A stretch of DNA of 54,776 bases, taken from NCBI GenBank assembly GCA_964479455.1, contig CAYZMF010000001.1:1-54776 (forward strand). The letters are read 5' to 3'. The position numbers were made by a program, and so were the translations under genes. This document shows positions 1 to 9,885 of this stretch, piece by piece. Each line of letters opens with the position of its first letter. The stretch's first letter is position 1. The notes under the pieces are model-generated. The model was not told where the DNA came from and did not search any database. It saw nothing but the letters and a program-made list of their open reading frames with translations. This DNA is from an uncultured Gammaproteobacteria bacterium. Lineage in GTDB: Bacteria; Patescibacteriota; Patescibacteriia; Patescibacteriales; UBA12465.

Positions 1-198
1 ATTTTAATCAAAACTTATAATTATATTCTATTAGGCTTCTTTCTTTGTTTTTTTAGCTTCCTTCTTCCTTGGTATCTTATCTCTCTGATGGCCGTCTCTC
101 TTTTATTATTAAAAAATGAGACCTACAAAAGACCAGCCTTGCTAATTTTCTATAGCTCTACGGCTTATGGTATTATGCAGTATATACTACTGAGATAA
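1..198 (+). CDS. C-terminal fragment of a hydrophobic membrane protein (5' end outside the window)
   Basis: Frame 1 is open from the window edge to TAA at 196-198. Translation ILIKTYNYILLGFFLCFFSFLLPWYLISLMAVSLLLL... is TM-like. It is convergent with ychF. Confidence 0.4.
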   Translation: MLIKTYNYILLGFFLCFFSFLLPWYLISLMAVSLLLLKNETYKRPALLIFYSSTAYGIMQYILLR

Positions 199-1254
199 CT
201 ATTTATTTACTAAAAAATTACAAATATCACCATCTAAGACAATGTAATCCTTACCTTCGGTTCTCATCAGACCTAATTCTTTAGCCTTACTCTCACCGCT
301 GGCCTCAATGAATTTTTGCCAATTTATTACTTCGGCTCTAATGAAGTTTTTGATAAAATCAGTGTGAATCACCCCGGCTGCGAGCGGAGCTTTAGAACCC
401 TTTTTAATGGTCCAAGCCCGGGTTTCTTTGGGCCCAGTGGTAAAAAAGGTGCTGAGATTTAAAATATCGTAGGATTTTTTGATTAATTTATCTAAACCGC
501 TTTCAATTAGGCCCAATTCTTTTAGATATTCTTTTTGCTCGTTTTGATCTAAAAGCATTATTTCTTCCTCAAGTTTTACATTAATTTCTAAATAATCTTC
601 CTTAATATCTGCCTTTTTATTGCCTTCATCACTATTTAAAAGATAAATAATCGGCTTTATACTTAAAAGCTGTAAGGATTTAACAAAAGGGAACTCGGCG
701 TCAGTAAAAGCTTCGCCTCTAAGAGCTTTTTCCTGGGATAAAGTATTATATATTCGTTGTAAGACGTTTAATTCTTTTACTATCTCCTTATCATTACTTT
801 TAGCCTCTCTTTTAGTTTTTTCTAATCTTTTTTCTATAGTAGCTAAGTCAGCCAAAATTAACTCTAAGTCAATAATTGACTTATCTTGCTGGGGATCAAT
901 TCTGCCATTGACATGAATGACATTTTTATCCTTAAAAACCCTGACTACCTGACAAATAGCGTCGCATTGTCTTATATTAGCTAAAAACTTATTGCCCAAA
1001 CCCTCTCCTTGATGGGCGCCTTTAACTAAACCAGCAATATCAACAAATTCAATAGTAGTTTCAATGATTTTTTCAGACTTAGATATGTTAGCAATCTTAA
1101 TTAAGCGCTCATCTGGCACTTTCACTACCCCTACATTAGGATCAATTGTGCAAAAAGGGTAATTAGCTGCTTCAACTTGCTTTTTTGTGAGGAGCTTAAA
1201 TAATGAAGATTTGCCAACATTAGGCAGACCAACAATTCCAATTGATAATGACAT
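199..1254 (-). CDS. ychF: Ribosome-binding ATPase YchF (Obg-family GTPase)
   Basis: N-terminal P-loop [11 protein letters not shown], a YchF-type coiled-coil insert and a C-terminal TGS-like tail ([16 protein letters not shown]). Confidence 0.9.
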   Translation of the reverse strand: MSLSIGIVGLPNVGKSSLFKLLTKKQVEAANYPFCTIDPNVGVVKVPDERLIKIANISKSEKIIETTIEFVDIAGLVKGAHQGEGLGNKFLANIRQCDAICQVVRVFKDKNVIHVNGRIDPQQDKSIIDLELILADLATIEKRLEKTKREAKSNDKEIVKELNVLQRIYNTLSQEKALRGEAFTDAEFPFVKSLQLLSIKPIIYLLNSDEGNKKADIKEDYLEINVKLEEEIMLLDQNEQKEYLKELGLIESGLDKLIKKSYDILNLSTFFTTGPKETRAWTIKKGSKAPLAAGVIHTDFIKNFIRAEVINWQKFIEASGESKAKELGLMRTEGKDYIVLDGDICNFLVNK

Positions 1255-1310
1255 ATATTTTAAATTATAATCTAATTCAAGCAGAAAAAAAGAAATATAG
1301 CAAGGAATTA

Positions 1311-1338
1311 AAAAAGGGCCCAGTTAGGGCCACTTTTT
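1311..1338. terminator. Bidirectional intrinsic-terminator-like hairpin upstream of ychF
   Basis: AAAAAG-GGCCC-agtta-GGGCC-ACTTTTT: a 5-bp GC stem flanked by an A-run and a T-run, so it reads as hairpin plus U-tract on either strand. Confidence 0.45.
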
Positions 1339-1728
1339 ATATAATATATATTTAAGTATTTTTGACCCTTATCTGGACCCTTGCCTTTGTGGCAAAAGCC
1401 TAGGCTGACTCTTAAGCTATTCTCTTTACCAATTAATGCTATTTTTTTATTTAGAAATAATTATTTAATTAAACATCTTTTTTAGTGTTAATCAAATTAA
1501 TATTGCTAATTTCATTTTTTTAATTTAAATAATAGCCGGAAAGATTTATTCTTTTTTTTATCAATGTCAGCTTTTGATAATTTTTATTAATTAGTAAAAA
1601 GAACTTACCAATACCTTAATTATAGCACTAACTTTACACAGGGTCAAGGATGTGGCTTACTTTTTATCTAGCTTTAAAGAAGTTTATTTTTTTTAGCTAA
1701 ATTTAGGTAAAAATATTAATTTTTAATA

Positions 1729-1758
1729 ACTTAAGTCTAGAATAGTCTGGACTTAAGT
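1729..1758. repeat. 12-bp-stem hairpin, first copy of a repeated palindromic motif
   Basis: ACTTAAGTCTAG-aatagt-CTGGACTTAAGT. It shares the core TAAGTC[C/T]AG-N6-CTGGACTTA with the hairpin at 1821-1846. Confidence 0.5.
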
Positions 1759-1765
1759 ATGCTTT

Positions 1766-1794
1766 TTATACACAGAATACACAAGTTATCCACA
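1766..1794 (+). promoter_or_regulatory. Cluster of three tandem DnaA-box-like 9-mers
   Basis: TTATACACA (1766-1774) matches TTATNCACA. GAATACACA (1775-1783) has 2 mismatches. TTATCCACA (1786-1794) is a perfect consensus. All are direct and spaced 9-11 bp apart. Confidence 0.4.
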
Positions 1795-1811
1795 AGGTTT
1801 CAGCTTATTTC

Positions 1812-1846
1812 TTAAAAAACATAAGTCCAGATTTCTCTGGACTTAT
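1812..1846 (-). terminator. Rho-independent terminator downstream of tRNA-Cys
   Basis: Perfect 10-bp stem ATAAGTCCAG/CTGGACTTAT with a 6-nt loop. On the minus strand it is followed by GTTTTTTAAG. Confidence 0.65.
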
Positions 1847-1850
1847 CTTG

Positions 1851-1924
1851 AGGCTCGAGCGGGATTCGAACCCGCGAATGACGGTTTTGCAAACCGCAGC
1901 GTTAGACCGCTTCGCCATCGAGCC
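1851..1924 (-). tRNA. tRNA-Cys (anticodon GCA)
   Basis: Reverse complement GGCTCGATGGCGAAGCGGTCTAACGCTGCGGTTTGCAAAACCGTCATTCGCGGGTTCGAATCCCGCTCGAGCCT folds as a cloverleaf. Anticodon loop is TTGCAAA and the T-loop is GGTTCGAATCC. Confidence 0.9.
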
Positions 1925-1968
1925 GTCTGTATATTCTATTTTATTTAGCTAAAAAAAGCAAGGACTGT

Positions 1969-2976
1969 TTATAATTTTAAATTAGGCTCAACTTTTACCT
2001 TACTATATGCCTGAAAAGCCTTATCTTTCTTTTTTTGATGGAGATAATAGGCGGAACTAGCAATCATAGCGGCATTATCAGTGCTATATTCTAAATCAGG
2101 GGCATAAAACTTTGTCTCAAGATTTTCTTTTAATCTTTGTCTAAGAAAGGAGTTAGCTGCCACACCGCCGGCTAGTAGGAATGATTTTACCTTATACTCT
2201 TCAATTGCTTTTTGGCTTTTTTTAACTAATATATCAATGATTGCCGCCTGGTAAGAATAGCAGTATTGATTAATTTTAAGCTTCCAGTCCGAGTCTTTTT
2301 TTAACTTATAATAAAGGGAAGTTTTTAAACCAGAAAAAGAGAAATTTAGATCTTTTGAGTGAAGCATGGGACGAGGAAAAACAATATCTTGGTTTTTGCC
2401 TTTTTTGGCCAACTTTTCAATTATTGGCCCACCGGGATAAGCTAAGTCTAGCATTTGAGCTCCCTTGTCATAAGCTTCACCAGCGGCATCATCAAGCGTT
2501 TCTCCGATTATCTTAAATTGATGGTGCTCAGTCATATAGACTAAGATGGTATGACCACCAGAGACAATCAAGCTAATTAAGGGAAATTTAATTTCTTCCT
2601 TGTTAAGAAAATTAGCGTAGATATGCCCACTTAGATGATTAATGGGAATTAGTGGCTTATTCCAAGCTAGGGACAGAGCTTTGGCAGTTTCTAGGCCGGC
2701 TAAGAGAGAGCTAAGTAAACCCGGCCCGTAAGTAACCGCGATTGCGTCAATCTCCTCCTTCTTTATTTTTGCCTTTAAAATGGCCGTTTTAATTGTGGGC
2801 AGAATTTGGATTAAATGTTCTCTAGCGGCTACTTCTGGAACCACTCCGCCATATTCTTGATGAATTTCTATTTGAGAGGAAATTACATTACTTAAAACTT
2901 TTACCTTAGCACGGCTAGCTAGGACTATAGAGGCAGCACTGTCATCACAACTTGTTTCAATTCCTAATATTATCAT
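1969..2976 (-). CDS. tsaD: tRNA N6-adenosine threonylcarbamoyltransferase TsaD
   Basis: ILGIETSCDDSAASIV N-terminus, the HLSGHIYA metal-binding motif and an ASKHA fold throughout. Confidence 0.9.
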   Translation of the reverse strand: MIILGIETSCDDSAASIVLASRAKVKVLSNVISSQIEIHQEYGGVVPEVAAREHLIQILPTIKTAILKAKIKKEEIDAIAVTYGPGLLSSLLAGLETAKALSLAWNKPLIPINHLSGHIYANFLNKEEIKFPLISLIVSGGHTILVYMTEHHQFKIIGETLDDAAGEAYDKGAQMLDLAYPGGPIIEKLAKKGKNQDIVFPRPMLHSKDLNFSFSGLKTSLYYKLKKDSDWKLKINQYCYSYQAAIIDILVKKSQKAIEEYKVKSFLLAGGVAANSFLRQRLKENLETKFYAPDLEYSTDNAAMIASSAYYLHQKKKDKAFQAYSKVKVEPNLKL

Positions 2977-3017
2977 AATAATCTATTATTTGTTTATAGT
3001 AGTATATTATTCGTTAA

Positions 3018-3046
3018 TTGACAAATTTCAGATTTAGACTTACAAT
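3018..3046 (+). promoter_or_regulatory. Sigma-70-type promoter for tRNA-Glu
   Basis: TTGACA (3018-3023), a 17-nt spacer and TACAAT (3041-3046), 20 nt upstream of the tRNA 5' end. Confidence 0.6.
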
Positions 3047-3065
3047 AGCTTTTGTAAGTATAATT

Positions 3066-3137
3066 GGTCCCTTCGTCTAGTGGTTAGGACACCAGGTTTT
3101 CATCCTGGTAACAGGGGTTCGATTCCCCTAGGGACTG
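3066..3137 (+). tRNA. tRNA-Glu (anticodon UUC)
   Basis: GGTCCCTTCGTCTAGTGGTTAGGACACCAGGTTTTCATCCTGGTAACAGGGGTTCGATTCCCCTAGGGACTG. Anticodon loop is TTTTCAT. CCA is not encoded. Confidence 0.9.
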
Positions 3138-3144
3138 CAAATTT

Positions 3145-3176
3145 AAAAGGACATGTTTTATATATGTCCTTTTAAT
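3145..3176. terminator. Bidirectional terminator between tRNA-Glu and the convergent 3192-3728 gene
   Basis: AAAAGGACAT-loop-ATGTCCTTTT with an A-tract on one side and a T-tract on the other. Confidence 0.65.
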
Positions 3177-3191
3177 TAATCTATTAAAGAT

Positions 3192-3728
3192 TTATTTCTT
3201 TGCTTCAGCAAACTCTTTTTGCCGGTCATTTAACCAATTATCCCAAGTAGCTAGATATTGAGGAAAACTCAATTTATTTTTTACAATATAATTCAGCCAT
3301 TCTTCAGCATTTTGAATGTCATTTTTCAGAGCGTTCCTAAAACCTTTAGTATCAGCGAAGCCAAATTTTTCCTTTAATTCAGCTTGAGCTTCTTCTTTAG
3401 TGCGGTGTTCCATTTTTTCTAAAGAGCCATCATTCTTTAAGGTTTCATAAAGTTTGATATCTTTTTGACGGTCGCTTAACCAGGAATCCCAGGTGGATGT
3501 GTACTGAGGAAAATTTTCTTTGTTTTCGACAATATAATTCAGCCATTCTTCAGCTAATTCAACTTTGCCTTGTTGTAAGGCTAACTGAAAGTCTAAAGTT
3601 TTTCTCAATCCGAATTTTTCAATTAATTCTTGTTGAGCTTCTTCTTTTGTGCGGTGTTCCATTTTTCCCTCTGGTTTTTGTTGATTTATAAAAGAATTTT
3701 CATTTGATTTATTTCCAAATAATCTCAT
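3192..3728 (-). CDS. Hypothetical protein built from two tandem copies of a 73-83-aa module
   Basis: aa 23-105 and aa 106-178 both start MEHRTKEEAQ.EL.EKFG and both contain AEEWLNYIV.NK..FPQY..TWD.WL.DRQK. No family was recognised. Confidence 0.75.
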   Translation of the reverse strand: MRLFGNKSNENSFINQQKPEGKMEHRTKEEAQQELIEKFGLRKTLDFQLALQQGKVELAEEWLNYIVENKENFPQYTSTWDSWLSDRQKDIKLYETLKNDGSLEKMEHRTKEEAQAELKEKFGFADTKGFRNALKNDIQNAEEWLNYIVKNKLSFPQYLATWDNWLNDRQKEFAEAKK

Positions 3729-3763
3729 ATTTTATAATTTAGTTTGTTTATTGAGCTATATTG

Positions 3764-4315
3764 TCATTTTATCATAAAGTGATTCGAAGGGGAAGCCATG
3801 ATTTTATAAAAAAATATAGAACTGTTTTTAAAATTAATTTGTTTATAGGCCTTCGTCTGGGGCAGGCTAAAGGTATTACTAACTAAGATAAGCTTGTTTA
3901 GTTTTTTAATAATTGGCTCAAGGGTTTGCATGCTTTTGGGGTTAAGGAAGCAGTAAATTAAATCAGCTTGGCTTAAATCGTAATTAAAGATGTCGGCCTT
4001 CTTAATTATTAACTTATTTTTTAAAAAAAGATTTTTGATTTTAGCCAGAGTATAGGGGATTAAGTTATATTCTAAGCCAATACAAACCAGCTCTGGCTTT
4101 TTCTTTTTTAGTTTTCTTAAGAATTTAGCTTCACCGCAACCGAGTTCATAAACATTTTTTAGACCTTCTAATTGTAAAATTTCTTCAAGTGCGCTTTTAA
4201 TTTTTTTATTTGAACTGCTAATAAAAGGGGCATTATTTAAAAAAACTACTTCATAGAATGTAGAAAAAAGATAAATTGAAATAATTAGAATAAATATGGC
4301 TAGGGTGATTAACAT
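3764..4315 (-). CDS. Class I SAM-dependent methyltransferase with an N-terminal TM anchor
   Basis: Motif I VYELGCGEAKF and an acidic motif II region, after a hydrophobic N-terminus (LITLAIFILIISIYLF). Confidence 0.7.
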   Translation of the reverse strand: MLITLAIFILIISIYLFSTFYEVVFLNNAPFISSSNKKIKSALEEILQLEGLKNVYELGCGEAKFLRKLKKKKPELVCIGLEYNLIPYTLAKIKNLFLKNKLIIKKADIFNYDLSQADLIYCFLNPKSMQTLEPIIKKLNKLILVSNTFSLPQTKAYKQINFKNSSIFFYKIMASPSNHFMIK

Positions 4316-4350
4316 ATAATTGAAATAATTTTAAAAATAGAGTAAAATGA

Positions 4351-5154
4351 ATGAATATGAAAAGAAAAAAATTAGGGGTAGCTTTAGGAGGAGGCGCCTT
4401 TCGTGGCTTTGCCCATATCGGCGTACTCAATGCCTTAAAAGAGGCGGACATTGAAATTGATATGCTTAGCGGCTCATCCATTGGCTCCTTATTCGCCGCC
4501 CATTATTCTTTATACCAAAATCTTGATAATCTGACAACTGATTTAATGCATTGGCAAGATAATTCCTTAATTAAATTTGTCAACCAAAATTTAAAAGGGG
4601 GCTTGATTAGTAATAAAAAAAGTATTGATTATTTACAAGGAATTATTGGTAATTATAATTTTTCACAAACAAAAATACCACTTAGAATAGTAGCGACTGA
4701 TTTGCTTAATGGGAATATGAAGCTATTTAAAAGAGGTAAAATTTTACCAGCCATTCAGGCTAGTTGCTCTATTCCGGTTATATTTCAAGCCCTAAAGAAC
4801 AAGAATGAAATTTTAGTCGATGGCGCTCTTAGTAGTCCCTTACCAATTAGCATTTTAAAGAAAGAAAAAGTTGATATTGTCCTGGCCATTAACCTGTATC
4901 ACCGGAATGAATTTATTGATAAAAAACTAAATTATCTCAATAGTGCTTTTCGAGCTAATCGAATTTTAATTCATAATCTGGCTAAAAAACAAGCTAAATT
5001 GGCTGATTTAGTCATCAACCCGGATTTATCTGATTTGGTTAATAAGGCTGGTTTAAAATATGTTTTTAGCAAGGATATGGCTAGCCAGGCAATTGACATC
5101 TCCTATAACTTGACGAAGAAGAGTATCAATAAAATTAGAAAATTAATTAAATGA
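4351..5154 (+). CDS. Patatin-like phospholipase
   Basis: Oxyanion GGGAFRG, nucleophile elbow GSSIGS and catalytic Asp in VDGALSS. Confidence 0.85.
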   Translation: MNMKRKKLGVALGGGAFRGFAHIGVLNALKEADIEIDMLSGSSIGSLFAAHYSLYQNLDNLTTDLMHWQDNSLIKFVNQNLKGGLISNKKSIDYLQGIIGNYNFSQTKIPLRIVATDLLNGNMKLFKRGKILPAIQASCSIPVIFQALKNKNEILVDGALSSPLPISILKKEKVDIVLAINLYHRNEFIDKKLNYLNSAFRANRILIHNLAKKQAKLADLVINPDLSDLVNKAGLKYVFSKDMASQAIDISYNLTKKSINKIRKLIK

Positions 5155-6191
5155 AATACCGTTTTTACAATACTTCATATAAAGCTTGGGATGCGATGAT
5201 GGCGGAGTTATTCTTAGCCAAAAAGTCTATTTACATCGAGATGTATATTTTTTCCGATGACACTAAAAAGACTCATGATTTTGTAGGTGTTTTAGAAAGA
5301 AAGGCTAAGCAGGGTTTGCAAGTTATAGTGATAGTTGATTTCTATGGTAGCCGTTTATTGAGCTCTACTACTACCTCAAGACTAAAAACAGCTGGGGTAG
5401 AATTTTTCTTTTATAACTATTGGCCACGATCTAACCATCGAAAAGTTTTAATTATCGACGAAGAGACGGCTTTTTTAGGAGGAGTAAATATTAAAGATAA
5501 TATTCGCAATTGGCATGATTTGCAGATTAAGTTAAAAGGTAAAATTGTCAAGCCCATTATAAAATCCTTTGCCCGTGCTTATTTTAAGTCGGGAGGAAAA
5601 GATAAAAGAATTATTGACTACCATAAGAGAAAATTTAGCTATAAATTGAAATCAAATATTATTGATAACTGGTCTCAAACTTTTCAAAAAAATCAGATAA
5701 ATTTTTATTATAAAAAAAAGATTAATGAGGCTAAGAACCTAATCCAAATTGTTACTCCATATTTCTTGCCCCCCCGCTGGCTTATTAATCGTTTTATCAA
5801 AGCGATAAATAGGGGGGTAAGGATTGAAATTATAATTCCTAAAAAGACTGATGTGGCTTTATTAAATAAAATAAATTTTTTAAATGCTTGTCGTTTAAGT
5901 GCCCTAGGTTTACATATCTTTTTTACTAAACAAATGAACCATGCTAAAATAATGTTAATAGATAATCAGGAGGGAGTGGTCGGTTCGCAAAACCTAGATA
6001 TTTTATCTTTATATAATTTTAATGCCGAAATTGGTGTTTTTTTTACCCAGAAGGAAGCAGTTAAGTCTTTGCAAAAGGTAATAACTGACTGGAAACAAGA
6101 GGTGGATTATTTAGATATTAAAAAAATAAAGCTTTCTTTTAAAAATAAGCTTCTAAATTTTATATTTCGCCTTTTTTATCCTATATTTTAA
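5151..6191 (+). CDS. Phospholipase D / cardiolipin-synthase-like protein with two HKD motifs
   Basis: HRKVLIIDEETAFLGGVNI and HAKIMLIDNQEGVVGSQNLD. The start overlaps the patatin stop (ATGA). Confidence 0.85.
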   Translation: MKYRFYNTSYKAWDAMMAELFLAKKSIYIEMYIFSDDTKKTHDFVGVLERKAKQGLQVIVIVDFYGSRLLSSTTTSRLKTAGVEFFFYNYWPRSNHRKVLIIDEETAFLGGVNIKDNIRNWHDLQIKLKGKIVKPIIKSFARAYFKSGGKDKRIIDYHKRKFSYKLKSNIIDNWSQTFQKNQINFYYKKKINEAKNLIQIVTPYFLPPRWLINRFIKAINRGVRIEIIIPKKTDVALLNKINFLNACRLSALGLHIFFTKQMNHAKIMLIDNQEGVVGSQNLDILSLYNFNAEIGVFFTQKEAVKSLQKVITDWKQEVDYLDIKKIKLSFKNKLLNFIFRLFYPIF

Positions 6192-6194
6192 TTT

Positions 6195-8645
6195 ATGATT
6201 AATTTTATAAAAATCAGAGGGGCAAAAACTCACAATCTAAAGAATATTGATTTAGATTTGCCTAAAAACAAGTTAATTGTTATTACAGGCCTGTCAGGCT
6301 CGGGCAAATCATCTTTAGCTTTTGATACTATATATGCTGAGGGGCAAAGATTATATGTTGAGTCATTATCAGCTTATGCTCGTCAATTTGTTGGTTTAAT
6401 GGATAAGCCCCCAGTTGACAAGATTGAAGGCTTATCTCCAGCTATCGCTATTGACCAAAGAACAGTTGGCAATAATCCTAGATCAACAGTTGGAACAATT
6501 ACTGAAATTTACGACTATTTGCGCTTATTATTCGCCCGGGCTGGAGTCCCTTATTGTCATTTATGTGGCAAGAAAATGCTGAGACAATTAAAAGATAAAG
6601 AAGATAAAAAGAAAAATAATTATCATTATTATTGCAAATCTTGTGATAACTCTTTAGAAAAATTGGAGCCCAAATATTTTTCTTTTAATTCTAGTTATGG
6701 AGCCTGTTTACATTGTGCTGGACTTGGTTATGACCTTAGCATTGATATTGAGCTGTTATGGAATAAAAATTTAAGTATATTAGAGGGAGCGATAAGACCA
6801 CTTATGAAATTAAATATAGGGGGGCAAAAATTAATATTAGATGAATTAGCCAAGCTCGCCAAGCGAAATAATTTTCAAATAAATAAAAAGATTAAGGACT
6901 TAAGCAAGGAGGCAGTTGGATTAATTATAAATGGCGATAAAAAATGGCCAGGCTTATCTGAAGTTTTACTAGCTAAGCATAGAGAAACTAAGTCCCCTTA
7001 TGTGAAGCAAGAATTAGAAAAGTACTTAGCTCAGATTGATTGCCAACTTTGTTTAGGAAAAAAATTACAAAAAAAATATTTAAGTGTTAAGTTTGAAGGT
7101 AGAAATATTAGTGAAATTTGTGATTTAACTATTAATGACCTAGAGAGTGATTTAAAAAATATTTTAAAAATTGATTTTCCTAATAAGAATATAGCCCAGG
7201 CAATTTTAGAGGAAATTATTGGTAATTTATCTTTTTTAAAAATGGTGGGTTTAAATTATTTAAGCTTAAATAGAGGGGCCTCTAGTTTATCAGGTGGTGA
7301 AGCACAGAGAATTAGATTGGCCTCACAAGTAGGGTCAAGGCTGAGTGGCGTTATTTATGTTTTAGATGAACCCTCAATTGGTCTGCATAGTTGTGATAAT
7401 AAAAGACTAATTCAATTGCTTAAGAATCTAAGGGATAACGACAATACGGTAATTGTAGTTGAACATGACGAGGAAATGATAAAGGCGGCTGATCATTTAG
7501 TTGATATTGGACCAAGGGCGGGTGAAAAGGGAGGCTCTTTAATGTATAGTGGTCACTATTCAGGCATTTTAAAAAACAAGAAATCAATTACAGCCGCTTA
7601 TTTAAATGGCAATTTAAAAATTAAGACAAAATTAAAATATCGTTTAGGCAATAAAAAGAAAATAAGCATCATTGGAGCAAGCGAAAATAATTTGAAAAAT
7701 ATTAATGTTGATATTCCTTTGGCAAGACTGGTGGCAGTCACTGGAGTATCTGGATCAGGTAAATCTACTTTAGTTAATGATATTTTAAGCAAAGCACTGA
7801 GTGCCAAGTTTTATAGAGCTAAAGCTAAGCCGGGAAAATATAAAAAGATTTTAGGGATTGAAAATATAAACAAAGTAATTAGCATTGATCAATCGCCAAT
7901 TGGTAAAACACCTCGCTCCAACCCAGCCACTTACACTGGATTATTTACTTATATTAGAGATATTTTTTCACAATTACCAGAAGCTAAGGCTAAAAATTTC
8001 AGTCCTGGTCATTTTTCTTTTAATGTTGAAGGAGGGCGCTGTGAAGAATGTGGGGGCGACGGGATGATAAAAGTAGAGATGCAATTTTTAACAGATGTAT
8101 ATTTGACCTGTGAGCTTTGCCAAGGAAGGCGGTTTAAGAAAAAAATATTAAATATTAAATATAAGGAAAAAAATATTTATGATGTTTTAGATATGACAGT
8201 TGAAGAAGCCTTATTATTTTTCAAGGAAGAGAGAGTGATTATAAAAAAATTAAAAACATTAGAGGAGGTAGGACTTTCTTATATCAAATTAGGCCAGGCT
8301 GCCAATACTTTCTCTGGAGGAGAGGCACAAAGAATAAAACTGGCTACCGAATTGTCCAGAAAATCAACCGGTAAAACTCTCTACATATTAGATGAGCCGA
8401 GTACCGGCTTGCATATTGATGATATCAGTCGCTTGCTAAAAGTTTTAAATTTACTAGTTGACCAAGGCAATACCGTCTTAATGGTAGAGCATAATTTAGA
8501 CTTAATTAAATCAGCTGATTATGTTTTAGACCTGGGACCTGAAGGTGGAGAACAGGGTGGGTTTGTAGTCGCTAGTGGTAGCCCGAAAGAAATAGCTAAA
8601 TCTAAAAAAAGCCATACTGGTCAATTTCTTAAGAAATATTTTTAA
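6195..8645 (+). CDS. uvrA: UvrA-family ABC ATPase, short form lacking the UvrB-binding domain (class II-like)
   Basis: Two Walker A motifs ([18 protein letters not shown]), two LSGGE signatures and Zn modules CxxC..CxxC. Only about 40 aa lie between CHLCGKKM and [11 protein letters not shown]. Confidence 0.9.
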   Translation: MINFIKIRGAKTHNLKNIDLDLPKNKLIVITGLSGSGKSSLAFDTIYAEGQRLYVESLSAYARQFVGLMDKPPVDKIEGLSPAIAIDQRTVGNNPRSTVGTITEIYDYLRLLFARAGVPYCHLCGKKMLRQLKDKEDKKKNNYHYYCKSCDNSLEKLEPKYFSFNSSYGACLHCAGLGYDLSIDIELLWNKNLSILEGAIRPLMKLNIGGQKLILDELAKLAKRNNFQINKKIKDLSKEAVGLIINGDKKWPGLSEVLLAKHRETKSPYVKQELEKYLAQIDCQLCLGKKLQKKYLSVKFEGRNISEICDLTINDLESDLKNILKIDFPNKNIAQAILEEIIGNLSFLKMVGLNYLSLNRGASSLSGGEAQRIRLASQVGSRLSGVIYVLDEPSIGLHSCDNKRLIQLLKNLRDNDNTVIVVEHDEEMIKAADHLVDIGPRAGEKGGSLMYSGHYSGILKNKKSITAAYLNGNLKIKTKLKYRLGNKKKISIIGASENNLKNINVDIPLARLVAVTGVSGSGKSTLVNDILSKALSAKFYRAKAKPGKYKKILGIENINKVISIDQSPIGKTPRSNPATYTGLFTYIRDIFSQLPEAKAKNFSPGHFSFNVEGGRCEECGGDGMIKVEMQFLTDVYLTCELCQGRRFKKKILNIKYKEKNIYDVLDMTVEEALLFFKEERVIIKKLKTLEEVGLSYIKLGQAANTFSGGEAQRIKLATELSRKSTGKTLYILDEPSTGLHIDDISRLLKVLNLLVDQGNTVLMVEHNLDLIKSADYVLDLGPEGGEQGGFVVASGSPKEIAKSKKSHTGQFLKKYF

Positions 8646-9406
8646 GAATTTAGGGTTTTTAGGATGCTGGAGTGAGTCAGCTTATTAGAGGCGATAATAT
8701 TTTCACTATTTATTTTCCATTTTTTATTGTTAAAATCACTTACCTTTCCGTCGGCCTCAGCTACCAATAAAGCACCAGCAGCTACATCCCAAGCATTGGC
8801 ACCTGGAATGGTGATTGATTCTATTCGCCCACAAGCAACATAAGCTAATTCAACAGCAGCACTGCCTAATTGACGACAATCAAGACTATTTAATTTTTGC
8901 TTTTGATAATATTTAACGGCTCGCTTGACATATTTTTCATCGCGAGCATGACAAAATGTATGAATTACATTTCCTGCTTTATTATTTGAGACCTTTATTT
9001 TCTTATTATTTAAATAAGCGCCTCTAGCTAGCTCGGCAATAAACAGCTCATCATTTAAAGGAATATAGATTAGTCCTAAAATTACCTCTTTCTTATAAGC
9101 GAGGGCTATAGAAATTGACCAAAGGGGATTATGAATAGAAAAATTAGTGGTCCCATCTAAAGGATCAATTATCCATAGATAATCTGATTGATTAGTTGAT
9201 TTACCCGACTCTTCCGCTAAAAATTGGTGCTCAGGGAAGTTTTTTCTAATCGTTTTGATAATTAATTTTTCAGATTTTAAATCAGCCTTAGTAACAATTT
9301 CATTTCTGGCTTTAAATACTACCTTAGCTCTATCAAAATTCTTATAGTCTTTAATTAAAGACTGTCCAGCTAATTTTATAGCAGTGGTGGCAACTTTTTT
9401 TAACAT
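8642..9406 (-). CDS. Inositol monophosphatase family protein (SuhB/CysQ-like)
   Basis: Motifs [12 protein letters not shown] and WDVAAG. Its stop overlaps the uvrA stop by 4 nt. Confidence 0.85.
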   Translation of the reverse strand: MLKKVATTAIKLAGQSLIKDYKNFDRAKVVFKARNEIVTKADLKSEKLIIKTIRKNFPEHQFLAEESGKSTNQSDYLWIIDPLDGTTNFSIHNPLWSISIALAYKKEVILGLIYIPLNDELFIAELARGAYLNNKKIKVSNNKAGNVIHTFCHARDEKYVKRAVKYYQKQKLNSLDCRQLGSAAVELAYVACGRIESITIPGANAWDVAAGALLVAEADGKVSDFNNKKWKINSENIIASNKLTHSSILKTLNS

Positions 9407-9885
9407 AGTTTTAATTCTATTTTTTTAGTTGAAGTATCAAAGATAGCAAAGCTACTTATTTGCAAGCTGTCGTTTAAGGCACCTGGGTTAGTAATGATGA
9501 TTTTGTTTTTAATTTTCATATCAGGCCGGTGGCTGTGTCCGTAAAATATATAATCAACTTTTTTATTAGATGCTAAAATATCTTTTATATAAAAAGGCTC
9601 GTGGCAAAGAGAAAAATTAAGCTCATTGATTTTAAAAAAACCAAACTTTTTAAAAAAAACTAAATTAGCATATTTTTTTACTTCATATTCTGGGTATAAA
9701 TCAGCATTACCATAGACTATATAAATAATATCTTTAAAGTTTTCAGCTAGATATTTCAATGTTTCTTTGTTGCCCAAATCGCCAGCACAAATTAGTTTTT
9801 TAATTTTTTCTTCCTTGAGGAGATTTAATACTTTTTTTAGATTATAAATATTATCATGAACATCAGCGATGATGGCAATTTTCAT
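9400..9885 (-). CDS. Metallophosphoesterase (YfcE/MJ0936 family)
   Basis: MKIAIIADVHDN, GDLG, GNAD and GHSH motifs in the canonical order. Confidence 0.8.
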   Translation of the reverse strand: MKIAIIADVHDNIYNLKKVLNLLKEEKIKKLICAGDLGNKETLKYLAENFKDIIYIVYGNADLYPEYEVKKYANLVFFKKFGFFKINELNFSLCHEPFYIKDILASNKKVDYIFYGHSHRPDMKIKNKIIITNPGALNDSLQISSFAIFDTSTKKIELKLC

